The notes under the pieces were generated by a model. The model made no database searches and was not told where the DNA came from. It saw only the letters and a program-made list of their open reading frames with translations. Source: Octopus vulgaris (lineage: Eukaryota). Taken from it: DNA of 64,000 nucleotides. Location of the stretch: assembly GCA_951406725.2 (NCBI GenBank), contig OX597814.1, positions 206,584,001 through 206,648,000 of the forward strand, written 5' to 3'. A program made the translations under genes and the position numbers. Shown here one piece after another: positions 14,001 to 26,267 of this stretch. Within the stretch, counting starts at the first letter, position 1; each line of letters begins with the position of its first letter.

Positions 14001-17000
14001 TGATGATGATAGGGGATTACTGGAAACATGCAAATGCTTTTGTACATCATTATGTCAACTGCGGTTATAGTGAATCATCATGATTAAAGGAAATAGCAAA
14101 TGAAATAGCTAAGCTTAGCAAAGATAGTCAAACCGTCATGCATAATTTTAGCAAACACAATACAATTGATGACAGAATTCCTTTAGTGATTAACTGGCAT
14201 TGAAATTTCACTGGCATTTCAAAAGTGTTGAAAGAAAGTTGCCAGCATGTGGTGCAAAAATATCCTCATTTCAAACAAATTTGGAGAAAGCCTTTGACGG
14301 GGTCCCCCAATCCCTTATCTGGTGGGTGATGCGGAAACTGGAGATTGACGAATGGTTAATAAGGGCTGTACAGGCCTTATACAGAGGGGCCGTTAGTAAG
14401 GTTAGTATAGTGAAGAATTCTGGGTAGAAGTAGGGGTCCACCAAGGTTCAGCCCTCAGTCCCCTTTTATTCATTATAGTCCTTCAAGCAATAACAGAGGA
14501 TTTCATGATGGGATGCCCCTGGGAGCTCCTCTATGTTGATGACCTCATATCAGAATCACTACTGGAACTAGAAAAGAAATTTCGTGTGTGGAAGCTAGGT
14601 TTAGAATCAAAAGGCCTTAGAGTCAATGTAGCAAAGACCAAAGTTATTGTAAGTAGGAAGGTGAACACATCACACACCCCTTCAGGTAGGTGGCCCTGCT
14701 CAATCTGTAGAAAAGGTGTAGGTAGAAACTCCATAAGATGTACCCATTGTAAGCTATGGACACATAAGAGGTGCAGCAATATCAAAGGAAAATTAACCGA
14801 GAAGATAGCTTTCGTGTGCGGCAGATGCACAGGGGCAATAGACACCATTGATATTCAGAAAACAGATTCCATTACACTCCTTGGAGAGGAACTAGAAGTA
14901 GTTGATAGTTTCTGCTACCTAGGTGACCAAGTTAGTAGCAGGGATGGATGCTCAGAGAGTGTTACCACTAGAATAAGAATTGCCTGGGCAAAGTTAAGGA
15001 AGCTTCTCCCCCTACTGGCGACAAAGGGTCTCTCGCTCAGAGTGAAAGGTAGATTGTACGATGCATGTTTGTGAACTGCCATGCTTCATGGCAGTGAATC
15101 ATGGGCTGTGACTGCGGAGGACATGCATAGGCTCGAAAGAAATGAAGCTAGCATGATCCACTGGATGTGTAATGACAGTGTCCATGAATGACAAAGTGTA
15201 AGCGCCCTGAGAGAAATGCTGGACATAAGAAGCATCTGATGTGGCGTGCAAGAGAGACAATTGCACTGGTATGGTCATGTACTATGGATGGATGAGGAGA
15301 GATGTGTGAAGAAGTGCTACTCCCAAACAGCTGAAGGAATCCGGGGTAGAGGGAGATCCAGGAAGACATAGGATGAGGTGGTTAAGCATGACCTTTGAAT
15401 GTTGAGCCTCACAGAGACAATGATGAAAAACTGAGGCCTCTGGTGGTATGCTGTAACTGGGAAGACCCGGAAAATGTTGCCGATGCCAGTGCTGCCTTGA
15501 CTGGCTTCTGTGCAGATGGCACATAAAATACAGCAACTGATCAGTGGCACGTAAAATGCACCCACTACACTCACGGATTGGTTGGCGTGAGGAAGGGCAT
15601 CCAGCTGTAGAAACACTGCCAGATCAGACTGGAGCTTGGTGCAGTCTCCATGGCTTCCCAGACTCCAGTCAAACCATCCAACCCATGCCAGCATGGAAAC
15701 GGACATTAAATGATGATGATGATTTCCTCAGCCATCTATTGTCGCCTTTAGACAGAATAAGAATGTAAGAATGTTATTCCCTAGCGCCTATTCTGTTTGG
15801 ATTGGGAAATCCTAGAGGATTTTTCAAGTTTCCAACTCTGCCAGTTTGTGTTCATACCAAATATTGCTTCTCTCTAGACTCCACTTTTCGCTCAGTTTCT
15901 AAGATAGCTCTTTCGGTACTGATCATGTTGTCACATCTTGTAGTGGTTCTGAGTAAGTTTAGGGCATTCATTCATAATATGGGTAATGGTTTCATCCACT
16001 CTTTTACAGATGTAGCACAGCAGAGACACTTGCTCATTCCTAAAGATTGACCCTGCAGTTCGTGGCCAAAGCTTGGTCTTGCATTGCCAGTATGGTGCTG
16101 CTCTCAGTCTCTTTCTTTAGTGTTCCTTTCTTCTGCCCATCCCACCTACTTTTTCCAGTGTCTTCTGTTATGGTTTTATCAAATTGATTGTGTAATCCCT
16201 TGTTGCATAATGTTTTTCTTTTTTTTTCCCCTTTTTTTCTCTGCTTTCGATACTCTCTCGTTCCTAACTGTGACTAGCAAGGTTTCCTTACTTTGGGTTA
16301 CGTATCTCATTAAGCTCTGGAGTTTGGTACGTATGCAGTCTTCCACACTTATCAGTCCTCTTCCTCCATTTTCCTCTCTTCCTGTATAGGCAATCAGTGT
16401 CTGTTTGTGGATGATGGGCTCCATGCATCGTTAAGAGCTTTCTTGACTTCCTGTCCATCTCCTTTAGGTTCTCTTTTGTCCACTTCAAGATTCCAGAGCC
16501 ATACTGAACTACTGCAACTGTGTGCAAGTTTTTTGCTGAAATTTTGTTTCTGGCATTCAAATTTGAAGCCAATATTTTTGTTACTCACCACAGGTACTCT
16601 TTCTTTGTCTTTTCTCCATATTGTTGTATTTAATTCCATCTGTCTCAAGCATTCCTAGATATTTGTAACTTCATTGAAGTTCTAATACCTTCATCATTTC
16701 ACAACTTGGCATTTCTGTCCCGGCAAGCTTTCCTCATTTCATCACCACCATCACACATTTTGAGAGTCCAAACATCATCATTATTGTTTAACATCCGTCT
16801 TCCATGCTGGCATGGTTTGGATGGTTTGACAGGCACTGGCCAGGCATGTTAACTTTAAGGTCCTTTAACTCCAGGTTTTGCTTTCATGGAATTTCTTCTC
16901 CAATTCTGCTATAGGTTCTGCAATAAGAGCAAGGTCATCAACATAAAGTCATTCCCATGGGCATCCCATATTGAATTCCTCTTTTATGGTCCTGAGGACT

Positions 17001-18607
17001 ATATTGAACTAGAATGAAAAATGAGAGCAAGGGATAACAATATTCTTAAGTATTTAATAAACCTGGAAAAATAAAAGACAAGAAGTAAGCCTAAAAAGAA
17101 GAGCTTAAAACATTGCAACTAAAATAGAATTTGAATGAGTTGCTAATTAAATAAAATATTCAAATAAGCCAACCATTCAATACTGATTAGACATATTTCA
17201 CCCAAGAAATAAGTCTAAAATAAGGGAAAACAGCTTAAAATACTGCAGCTAAAATAAAATTTGATAAAAATAATCTGATGCTTTATCATAAATTCCCACG
17301 TATCAAAGAAAAATTGTTTTAAGATTTTTGAAATAAAGATTTATTTTTGTTAGTTTATCATTAATACAATGCTATAAAGATGATATTCATTTTCTTTTGA
17401 TTAACTTTATGACATCTGCATTTATTTGAGGAAAACTTAGGTTTAAGGAAAATAACTGACAAATAGTTAACTAACTGAAAATTAAAATTTTAAAAGTGAA
17501 GTAAAATAATTTTGCCAAAAACAAAGAAAACATTTGATTACTGATACTCTTACATGCTTTCTTGATTTTCTAAAGTTTTATTTTGAACTGTTGTTAACAT
17601 TTTCAGCCATCATGTTGTTTTTTGGCTGTATCTTCAAATTATGTAGTGTTCATTGTTTTTTGTATGCCTTTTGCTCATGCTTTCTGCTTTTGTAACATTT
17701 GTTGTGTATATTTTCCTCATCCGAGCATGATCATTGCCAGGGCTGCTGACTGGTTCCTGTAAAAAGCACCATTCGAGCATGATCATTTCCAGCATCGCTT
17801 TACTGGCTCCTGTGCAGGTGGCACATAAAAAACACCATTTGAGCTTCGCCGTTGCCAATACTACCTGACTGGCTCCTCATGCCAGTGGCATGTAAAAGTA
17901 CCCACTACACTCTCAGAGTGGTTGGCATTAGGAAGGGCATCCAGCTGTAGAAACTCTGCCAGATCAGATTGGAGTCTGGTACAGCCTCTTGGCTTGCCAG
18001 TCCCCAGTCAAACTGTCCAACCCATGCCAGCATAGAAAGCAGACGTTAAACGATGATGATGATGATGATGAGGATGACCTTCACAGTTAATTTTCTCAGA
18101 GTCAGAAATAGAGGTCAATAATTATATTCTTATTCCATCAAAAAGCTATAATAGGCACCTTAGAGATATAAAAGATGGGCTACAGCAAATATTCTGCTCA
18201 ATACCACAGATTTGTTTGTCTGTTGTTTGACCTTCACCAGTTGAGAATGTCCCTTAGTGGCTGATGATATTTGCATTTCTGAATAATTCACCTCTGGAAA
18301 CCTGCAAGGTCATGTGCTGTTTGTCTTGATATGAGATCACCATGTTGTGCACTTGTGGTTGTGATGCATGTGTCTGGTGTACCCTTATTAGACAAGTAGT
18401 CATGATTGCTATACTGGACTTCATATATTTTTCTCCAGTGTCATTTTGATGGCATGCACTGCTCTCTCACTCAATAATAATAATGATAATAATAATAAAT
18501 AATAATAATGATAATAATAAAAAATAATGATAATAATGATAATAATGATAATAATAATAATAATAATAATAATAATAGATAATAATAACAACAACATCAA
18601 CAACAAC

Positions 18608-18660
<53 letters not shown>

Positions 18661-19235
18661 CACTGCCTGGTACTGCTGATGCAGTGCCTCCCATGGCTTC
18701 TGATCTTAACTGATTGGAAGTGTTATCATGTACATTGTTTTGTCTTGGTATAAAAGATGGACTACAGCAAATATTCTGCTCAATACCACGGATTTGCTTG
18801 TCAGTATTTTGACCTTAACCAGTTGACCATGTCCCTTAGTGGCTGATGATATGTGCATCTCTGATCATGAGCAGAATTAGTAGGGGAGTATCATAGCCAT
18901 GTGTTGAGAGGGATTCTTTGGGGTTTGAATAATTCACCTCTGGAAACATGGGTGTTTCATTCAGTATCCTTAAATGACCCTTATTCAGGGACCTTTTGAG
19001 CAGGATGGGTTACTCAACCAGAAGAAAATTGTAACTGGGCCCCACCTGCAAGGGTCATGCACTGTTTATCTTGATATGAGATCACCATGTCGCGCACATA
19101 TGGTTGTGATGCATGTGCCTAGTGTACCCTTATCAGACGGGTAGTTATGATGGGTACACTGGGCTTCGTATATTTTACCCCAGTGTCACTTAGATGGCAT
19201 GCACTACTCTCTCACTTAATAATAATGACAATAAC

Positions 19236-19271
<36 letters not shown>

Positions 19272-22200
19272 TAATAATAATAATAATTATAATAAATATT
19301 CAGACAAATACATAATAAAAACACCAGGACTTACAAACACATATAACATACAGAAAATTGCACTACTAGGCACTGCACACATCCTACGCAGAACACTTTC
19401 CATACAATAACCATCAGAGCATCACAAAAAATCACAGCACATACCCAAGGCACACAGAGCTGCGCTCGGTAGTGAAGTGAAAGCACGCTATAAAAATAAA
19501 ACTACTGAATAATAATAATAATAATAATAATAATGATGATAATAACATCACATTAGCCGGTAAGAGTTGATAATTGCTATAATGAACCATTGTTGTAGTA
19601 GCAATGTTTTCATAATTATTTCAGTGATTAAGGTGGTGAAATGGCAGAATAGTTATCATGCCAGGCTAAATGCTTTGTGGCATTTCATTAAACTTTACAC
19701 TTAGAGTTCAAATTCTACCAGCGTTGACTTTGTCTCTTATCCCTTTGGGGGTCGATAAAATAAGTACCAGTTGAGGACTGGGTTTGATGTAATTGACTTA
19801 GCCACTCTCCTGAAATTGCTGGCCTTGTGCCAAAATTTGAAACAAACATTCCAGTAATGTTTATGGTCAATAAAATAAGTACCAGTTGAGCACTGGGTTT
19901 GATGTAATTGACTTAGCCACTCTCCTGAAATTGCTGGCCTTGAGCCAAAATTTGAAACCAAAATTCCAGTGATGTTTATCGTCAATAAAATAAGTACCAG
20001 TTGAGCACTGGGGTTGATGTAATTGACTTAGCCACTCTCCTGAAATTGCTGGCCTTGTGCCAAAATTTGAAACAAACATTCCAGGGATGTTTATGGTCAA
20101 TAAAATAAGTACCAGTTAAGCACTGGGGTTGATGTAATTGACTTAGCCACTGCCCTTAAATTGCTGGCCTTGTGCCAAAATTTGAAACCAACATTCCAGT
20201 GATGTTTATGGTCAATAAAATAAGTACCAGTTGATCACTGGGGTTGATGTAATTGACTTAGCCACTCTCCTGAAATTGCTGGCCTTGTGCCAAAATTTGA
20301 AACAAACATTCCAGTGATGTTTATGGTCAATAAAATAAGTACCAGTTGAGCACTGGGGTTGATGTAATTGACTTAGCCACTCTCCTGAAATTGCTGGCCT
20401 TGTGCCAAAATTTGAAACAAACATTCCAGTAATGTTTATGGTCAATAAAATAAGTACCAGTTGAGCACTGGGGTTGATGTAATTGACTTAGTCACTCTCC
20501 TGAAATTGCCGGCCTTGTGTCAAAATTTGAAACCAAAATTACAGTCATGTTTATGGTCATTAAAATAAGTACCAGTTGTGCACTGGGGTTGATGTAATTG
20601 ACTTAGCCACTCTCCTGAAATTGCTGGCCTTGTGTCAAAATTTGAAACCAAAATTACAGTGATGTTTATGGTCAATAAAATAAGTACCAGTTAAGCACTG
20701 GGGTTGATGTAATTGACTTAGCCACTCTCCTGAAATTGCTGGCCTTGTGCCAAAATTTGAAACCAAAATTCCAGTGATGTTTATGGTCAATAAAATAAGT
20801 ACCAGTTGTGCACTGGGGTTGATGTTATTGACTTAGTCACTCTCCTGAAATTGCTGGCCTTGTGCCAAAATTTGAAACCAAAATTCCATTCATGTTTATG
20901 GTCAATAAAATAAGTACCAGATAAGCACTGGGGTTGATGTAATTGACTTAGTCACCCTCCTGAAATTGCTGGCCTAGTGCCAAAATTTGAAACCAACATT
21001 CCAGTAATGTTTATGGTCAATAAAATAAGTACCAGTTGAGCACTGGGGTTGATGTAATTGACTTAGCCACTCTCCTGAAATTGCTGGCCTTGTGCCAAAA
21101 TTTGAAACCAAACATTCCAGTGATGTTTATGGTCAATAAAATAAGTACCAGTTGAGCACTGGTGTTGATGTAATTGACTTAGCCACTCTCCTGAAATTGC
21201 TGGCCTTGTGCCAAAATTTGAAACCAACATTCCAGTGATGTTTATGGTCAATAAAATAAGTACCAGTTGAGCACTGGGGTTGATGTAATTGACTTAGCCA
21301 CTCTCCTGAAATTGCTGGCCTTGTGCCAAAATTTGAAACCAACATTCCAGTGATGTTTATGGTCAATAAAATAAGTACCAGTTGAGCACTGGGGTTGATG
21401 TAATTGACTTAGCCCCTCTCCTGAAATTGCTGGCCTTGTGTCAAAATTTGAAACCAAAATTCCAGTGATGTTTATGGTCAATAAAATAAGTACCAGTTAA
21501 GCACTGGGGTTGATGTAATTGACTTAGCCCCTCTCCTGAAATTGCTGGCCTTGTGTCAAAATTTGAAACAAACATTCCAGTGATGTTTATGGTCAATAAA
21601 ATATGTACCAGTTTAGCACTGGGGTTGATGTAATTGACTTAGCCACTCTCCTGAAATTGCTGGCCTTGTGTCAAAATTTGAAACCAAAATTCCAGTGATG
21701 TTTATGGTCAATAAAATAAGTACCAGTTGAGCACTGGGGTTGATGTAATTGACTTAGCCACTCTCCTGAAATTGCTGGCCTTGTGTCAAAATTTGAAACC
21801 AAAATTCCAGTGATGTTTATGGTCAATAAAATAAGTACCAGTTAAGCACTGGGGTTGATGTAATTGACTTAGCCCCTCTCCTGAAATTGCTGGCCTTGTG
21901 TCAAAATTTGAAACAAACATTCCAGTGATGTTTATGGTCAATAAAATAAGTACCAGTTGAGCACTGGGGTTGATATAATTGACTTAGCCACTCTCCTGAA
22001 ATTGCTGGCCTTGTGTCAAAATTTGAAACCAAAATTCCAGTGATGTTTATGGTCAATAAAATAAGTACCAGTTAAGCACTGGGGTTGATGTAATTGACTT
22101 AGCCCCTCTCCTGAAATTGCTGGCCTTGTGTCAAAATTTGAAACAAACATTCCAGTGATGTTTATGGTCAATAAAATATGTACCAGTTTAGCACTGGGGT

Positions 22201-25200
22201 TGATGTAATTGACTTAGCCACTCTCCTGAAATTGCTGGCCTTGTGCCAAAATTTGAAACCAAAATTACAGTGATGTTTATGGTCAATAAAATAAGTACCA
22301 GTTGTGCACTGGGGTTGATGTAATTGACTTAGCCACTCTCCTGAAATTGCTGGCCTTGTGTCAAAATTTGAAACCAAAATTACAGTCATGTTTATGGTCA
22401 ATAAAATAAGTACCAGTTGTGCACTGGGGTTGATGTAATTGACTTAGCCACTCTCCTGAAATTGCTGGCCTTGTGCCAAAATTTGAAACCAAAATTACAG
22501 TGATGTTTATGGTCAATAAAATAAGTACCAGTTGTGCACTGTGGTTGATGTAATTGACTTGAACACTCTCCTGAAATTGCTGGCCTTGTGCCAAAATTTG
22601 AAACCAAAATTCCAGTGATATTTCTAGTATTTATTATAATTAATAGAGATAGTGTTTACTTAGTATCAGTTAAATATTGATTATATTTTTCTGTTTGCTA
22701 ATGTATTATAATAATTACATATAACTTTGTCTTCAAATACTTTTCTGTATTTACCCACTGAACTCTCCAGTTCACCCCTTTTTCCTCACTAACGAAATGA
22801 TTTTATCTTTTTACTTTTTCATAATTTAGTTGTGCTGAACGTTTGTAGAATGCCACATCAATTGGAAGGTGTGAAGTTAGATGTTCAACCATTCTGGAAA
22901 CCACCTGAAGAAAATATCATTTCAAAACAGCAAGTCCATGACTATTCACTACCTACCAAGTTCCATCTGAATTTTTTAAAGAAACATAGAACTGAAGTTA
23001 ATGACCAATTAAAGACTTTGGCTGAAGTTCTTTGGAAAGATTCCAAGATTAATACACTGAGATTTAAATATTCTGAAGCAAATTTTGAGGAAATTGAACA
23101 GCGTTTGAAAGATTTATTAAATTCCATTACTGTTGAAACTATTGATGTTCCAGATGATATGTTTGAAGACGTTGTTGGAACATTTTACAGTCAAGATGAG
23201 CAGAAGTATTTTTATTTTGATATCCGATATCATAAAGCTCATATTCTCGGATTCGATAAAAGTGACGTGATTAAAATGAAAAAGAGACTTTTGGATAATC
23301 TTAGAACTAAATCTGCGGATGATTTAAATATTCATGAAAGACGTATTCTATCTGGTCTCGGATTTTTTGAGCAGGCAGAAGGACAATTTGAAGGTCTAAA
23401 AGTCACAGTTCATAGTAACAAAGTTGTTTTTGAAGGCCAGTTTTCCGAAATAGATACTTGTCAAAAGAAAATGTATAAAATTCTTAAGTCAATTGTTATA
23501 TCCAAACTGTGTTTGCCTTTAAATACTGGAATGATCATAAATAAAAAACAAGTGAAAGAATATCTTGATGGAAAACTGAGAAACAAGAAATGTATTGGCT
23601 CATGGGAAACGGGTGATGGTGATTCAGTATTACTTTATGCAAGTGATAAAACACATCTTTCACTTTTGGAAGAAATTATGAAAGAAATTTTTGTTGCCAA
23701 TACACTGGATTTTGTAGACAAAATTAAGGATACTCCAAATCATAGAAAGTGGCTGACATTTGTTGAAAGTCTAAAAGAAGAGTTTCCAGATTCCCATTTT
23801 ATTGGAGAAAATTCTATTGTTGCAGTTGATGTTGTAGTTAATGATATAAAAAGCAAAATTGATAACTTTGAGCAATCTTTAACTTATAAATCTTATACAT
23901 CGAGGCCTTCTGAACATTACCCCTTTCATAGAGAGTCCAATGAACAAGAATTCAATGATTTTAGTGAAGAAAACAAAGCCAAGGATGCGTTTCACTCGGA
24001 AAGAACACAAGAGCAAATAGTCAATGTTAAGTATAAGAACTGTGAAATAGTGTTGAGGGAAGGTGACATCACGACTCTGGACACAGATGCTATTGTTAAT
24101 GCTGCAAATGGCAGGCTGGAACACAGAGGAGGAGTTGCTGCAGCCATTGTGAAGAAAGGTTAGTAATACCATTTTTTATAGTTCATGTTTCTTTTTAGAT
24201 CCATGTGTGGTTGAAAAGCTTGCTTCCTGATCACGTGGTTTCAGGTTCAATTCCACTCACAGCATTTTGGACAAGTGTCTTCTGTTATAGGTCAGTGATT
24301 GGCAAAGCCTTGGGAGTGGGTTTCGTTGATAGAAACTGAAAGAAGCTCATCGTGTATACATTCATACATATATATATATATATGTGTGTGTGTGAGGGTG
24401 AGTAGCCAGGTGTTCACAGCACACGATGGTTGTAAATGAACATCACCATCACACAAGTGATGTTGTGTCATTTTTGGTCTTCCATGAAAAACGTGTCTGA
24501 CCATGGGGGAGTATTCCCTCATTTGGAAACATGTGGCAATTGGCTACAGGAAGGACGTGGTGATTTCTATTTGTGTAACACTCAGAGTTTATAGATTTGA
24601 GACACTTGATCACTGACCAGTCCCCAAAACCTGGATAATTATAAATGATGTCATCAATGTTAGATTCCATTTAAAGAAACTTATGGCTGATGCAATGCTG
24701 GTCTCTTCTTCTGTTACACTCCATTCCACACCACTCGTTTCTCTTACAGTCTAAATTCTCCATCCCTTTTCATTTCAAACCATCCTTCACACCATCCACC
24801 TTTTACATTCCCAGTGTCCCCTCAACATCTACCCATCCACACACACACCTATTCTACACCGTTGAACTCATTACCCAACACCACACACCCACCAACATAT
24901 TCAAACAGCATGTACACATATCCACACGCACTCACTCCTTCTCCTCTTCCTTCGCCCACAATAGCACCCAACCACCCCTCATGCTACCCATCCACACGCT
25001 TATAACAGCAACTATGTCATAACACACCTACACTTCCCAATACCTACCACTTTCTCCACCCATCTTCCACCAAACACCTCTATCCAGTTTCACACACTTA
25101 ACACACACACACAATAGCTTCATAAGCCCACATGTATGAACACATAGACAGAAAACAAGAACTCACGCACACACATGTTCACACACATAACCATGCATAC

Positions 25201-26225
25201 AGTATATATGCACGTAATAGTTTAATGTACACACACACGTGTCACATAGCCCTATACACACATGTCATGCATTGATGTCCGTGCTCACACACCCATAGGT
25301 AACAGTTTCACAGTTATCCCCCTTGCCACTCATGCCTTTAGCAACCTCTTCCTCCTCTGGTCATTTCAGCTTACAGTGACAGTCCAATTCAGACATGTTC
25401 GTTTTTTTTCTCTCTATATTTTATGTTCCATTTTCTGTTTTTCTTGAAGAAGAGTGTATGTTTGAAATGTAAAAGACTTTTATATCTATTTTCCTTTCTT
25501 CACCTCATCTTCATGTTAGTTATAATTTTGCACTGAATATGTTGGTATGTCTGTATGTGTGTGTATATATATCTATGTACATACATACATACATACATAC
25601 ATACATACATACATACATACATACATACATACAGGTAATATATAATATGAATATTTTAAATGATATCATCATCATCATCATCGTTTAATGTCCGTTTTCC
25701 CTGCTCGCATGGATTGGACTATTTGACTGAGATCTGGAGAGCCAGTGACTGCACCAGGATTCAGTCTGATCTGGCAAAGTTTCTACAGCTGGATGCCCTT
25801 CCTAACACCAACCACCCCGAGAGTGTAGGGGGCACCTTATATGTTCCACTGGCACAGAAGCCAGTCAGACAGACCTAGCATCGATCATGTTCAGACAGTG
25901 CCTTTTACGTCCCACCGGCACGGGCCAATCAGGGAGCACTGGCATTGGCGATGTTCAGATGATGCTTCTTATGTGCCACCAGCACAGGGGCCAGTCAGTG
26001 GGTACCGGCATTGGCCATGTTTGGATGGTGCCTTTTGCATGCCACTGGCATGGGAGTCAGTCAGGGGGTATTGGCATCGGACCTACTACAAGCACAACAT
26101 CTGAAATTTGGGGGAGGGAATGAGTCGATGACATCGACCCCAGTGTTTCACTGGTACTTAATTTATCGACTCTGAATTTCATGCATCATGCTAACGATGC
26201 TGCCAGCTTGCTGCCTTATAATATG

Positions 26226-26267
<42 letters not shown>

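Noticed and set aside
18421-18694. Poly-Leu/Ile/Tyr membrane-like ORFs
   Set aside because: Translation of (TAA)n microsatellite.
19753-22620. CRISPR-like array or repeated 77-aa ORFs
   Set aside because: Whole 115-bp units are near-identical with no unique spacers, there are no cas genes, the context is eukaryotic, and the unit is SINE-derived. The ORFs are by-products.
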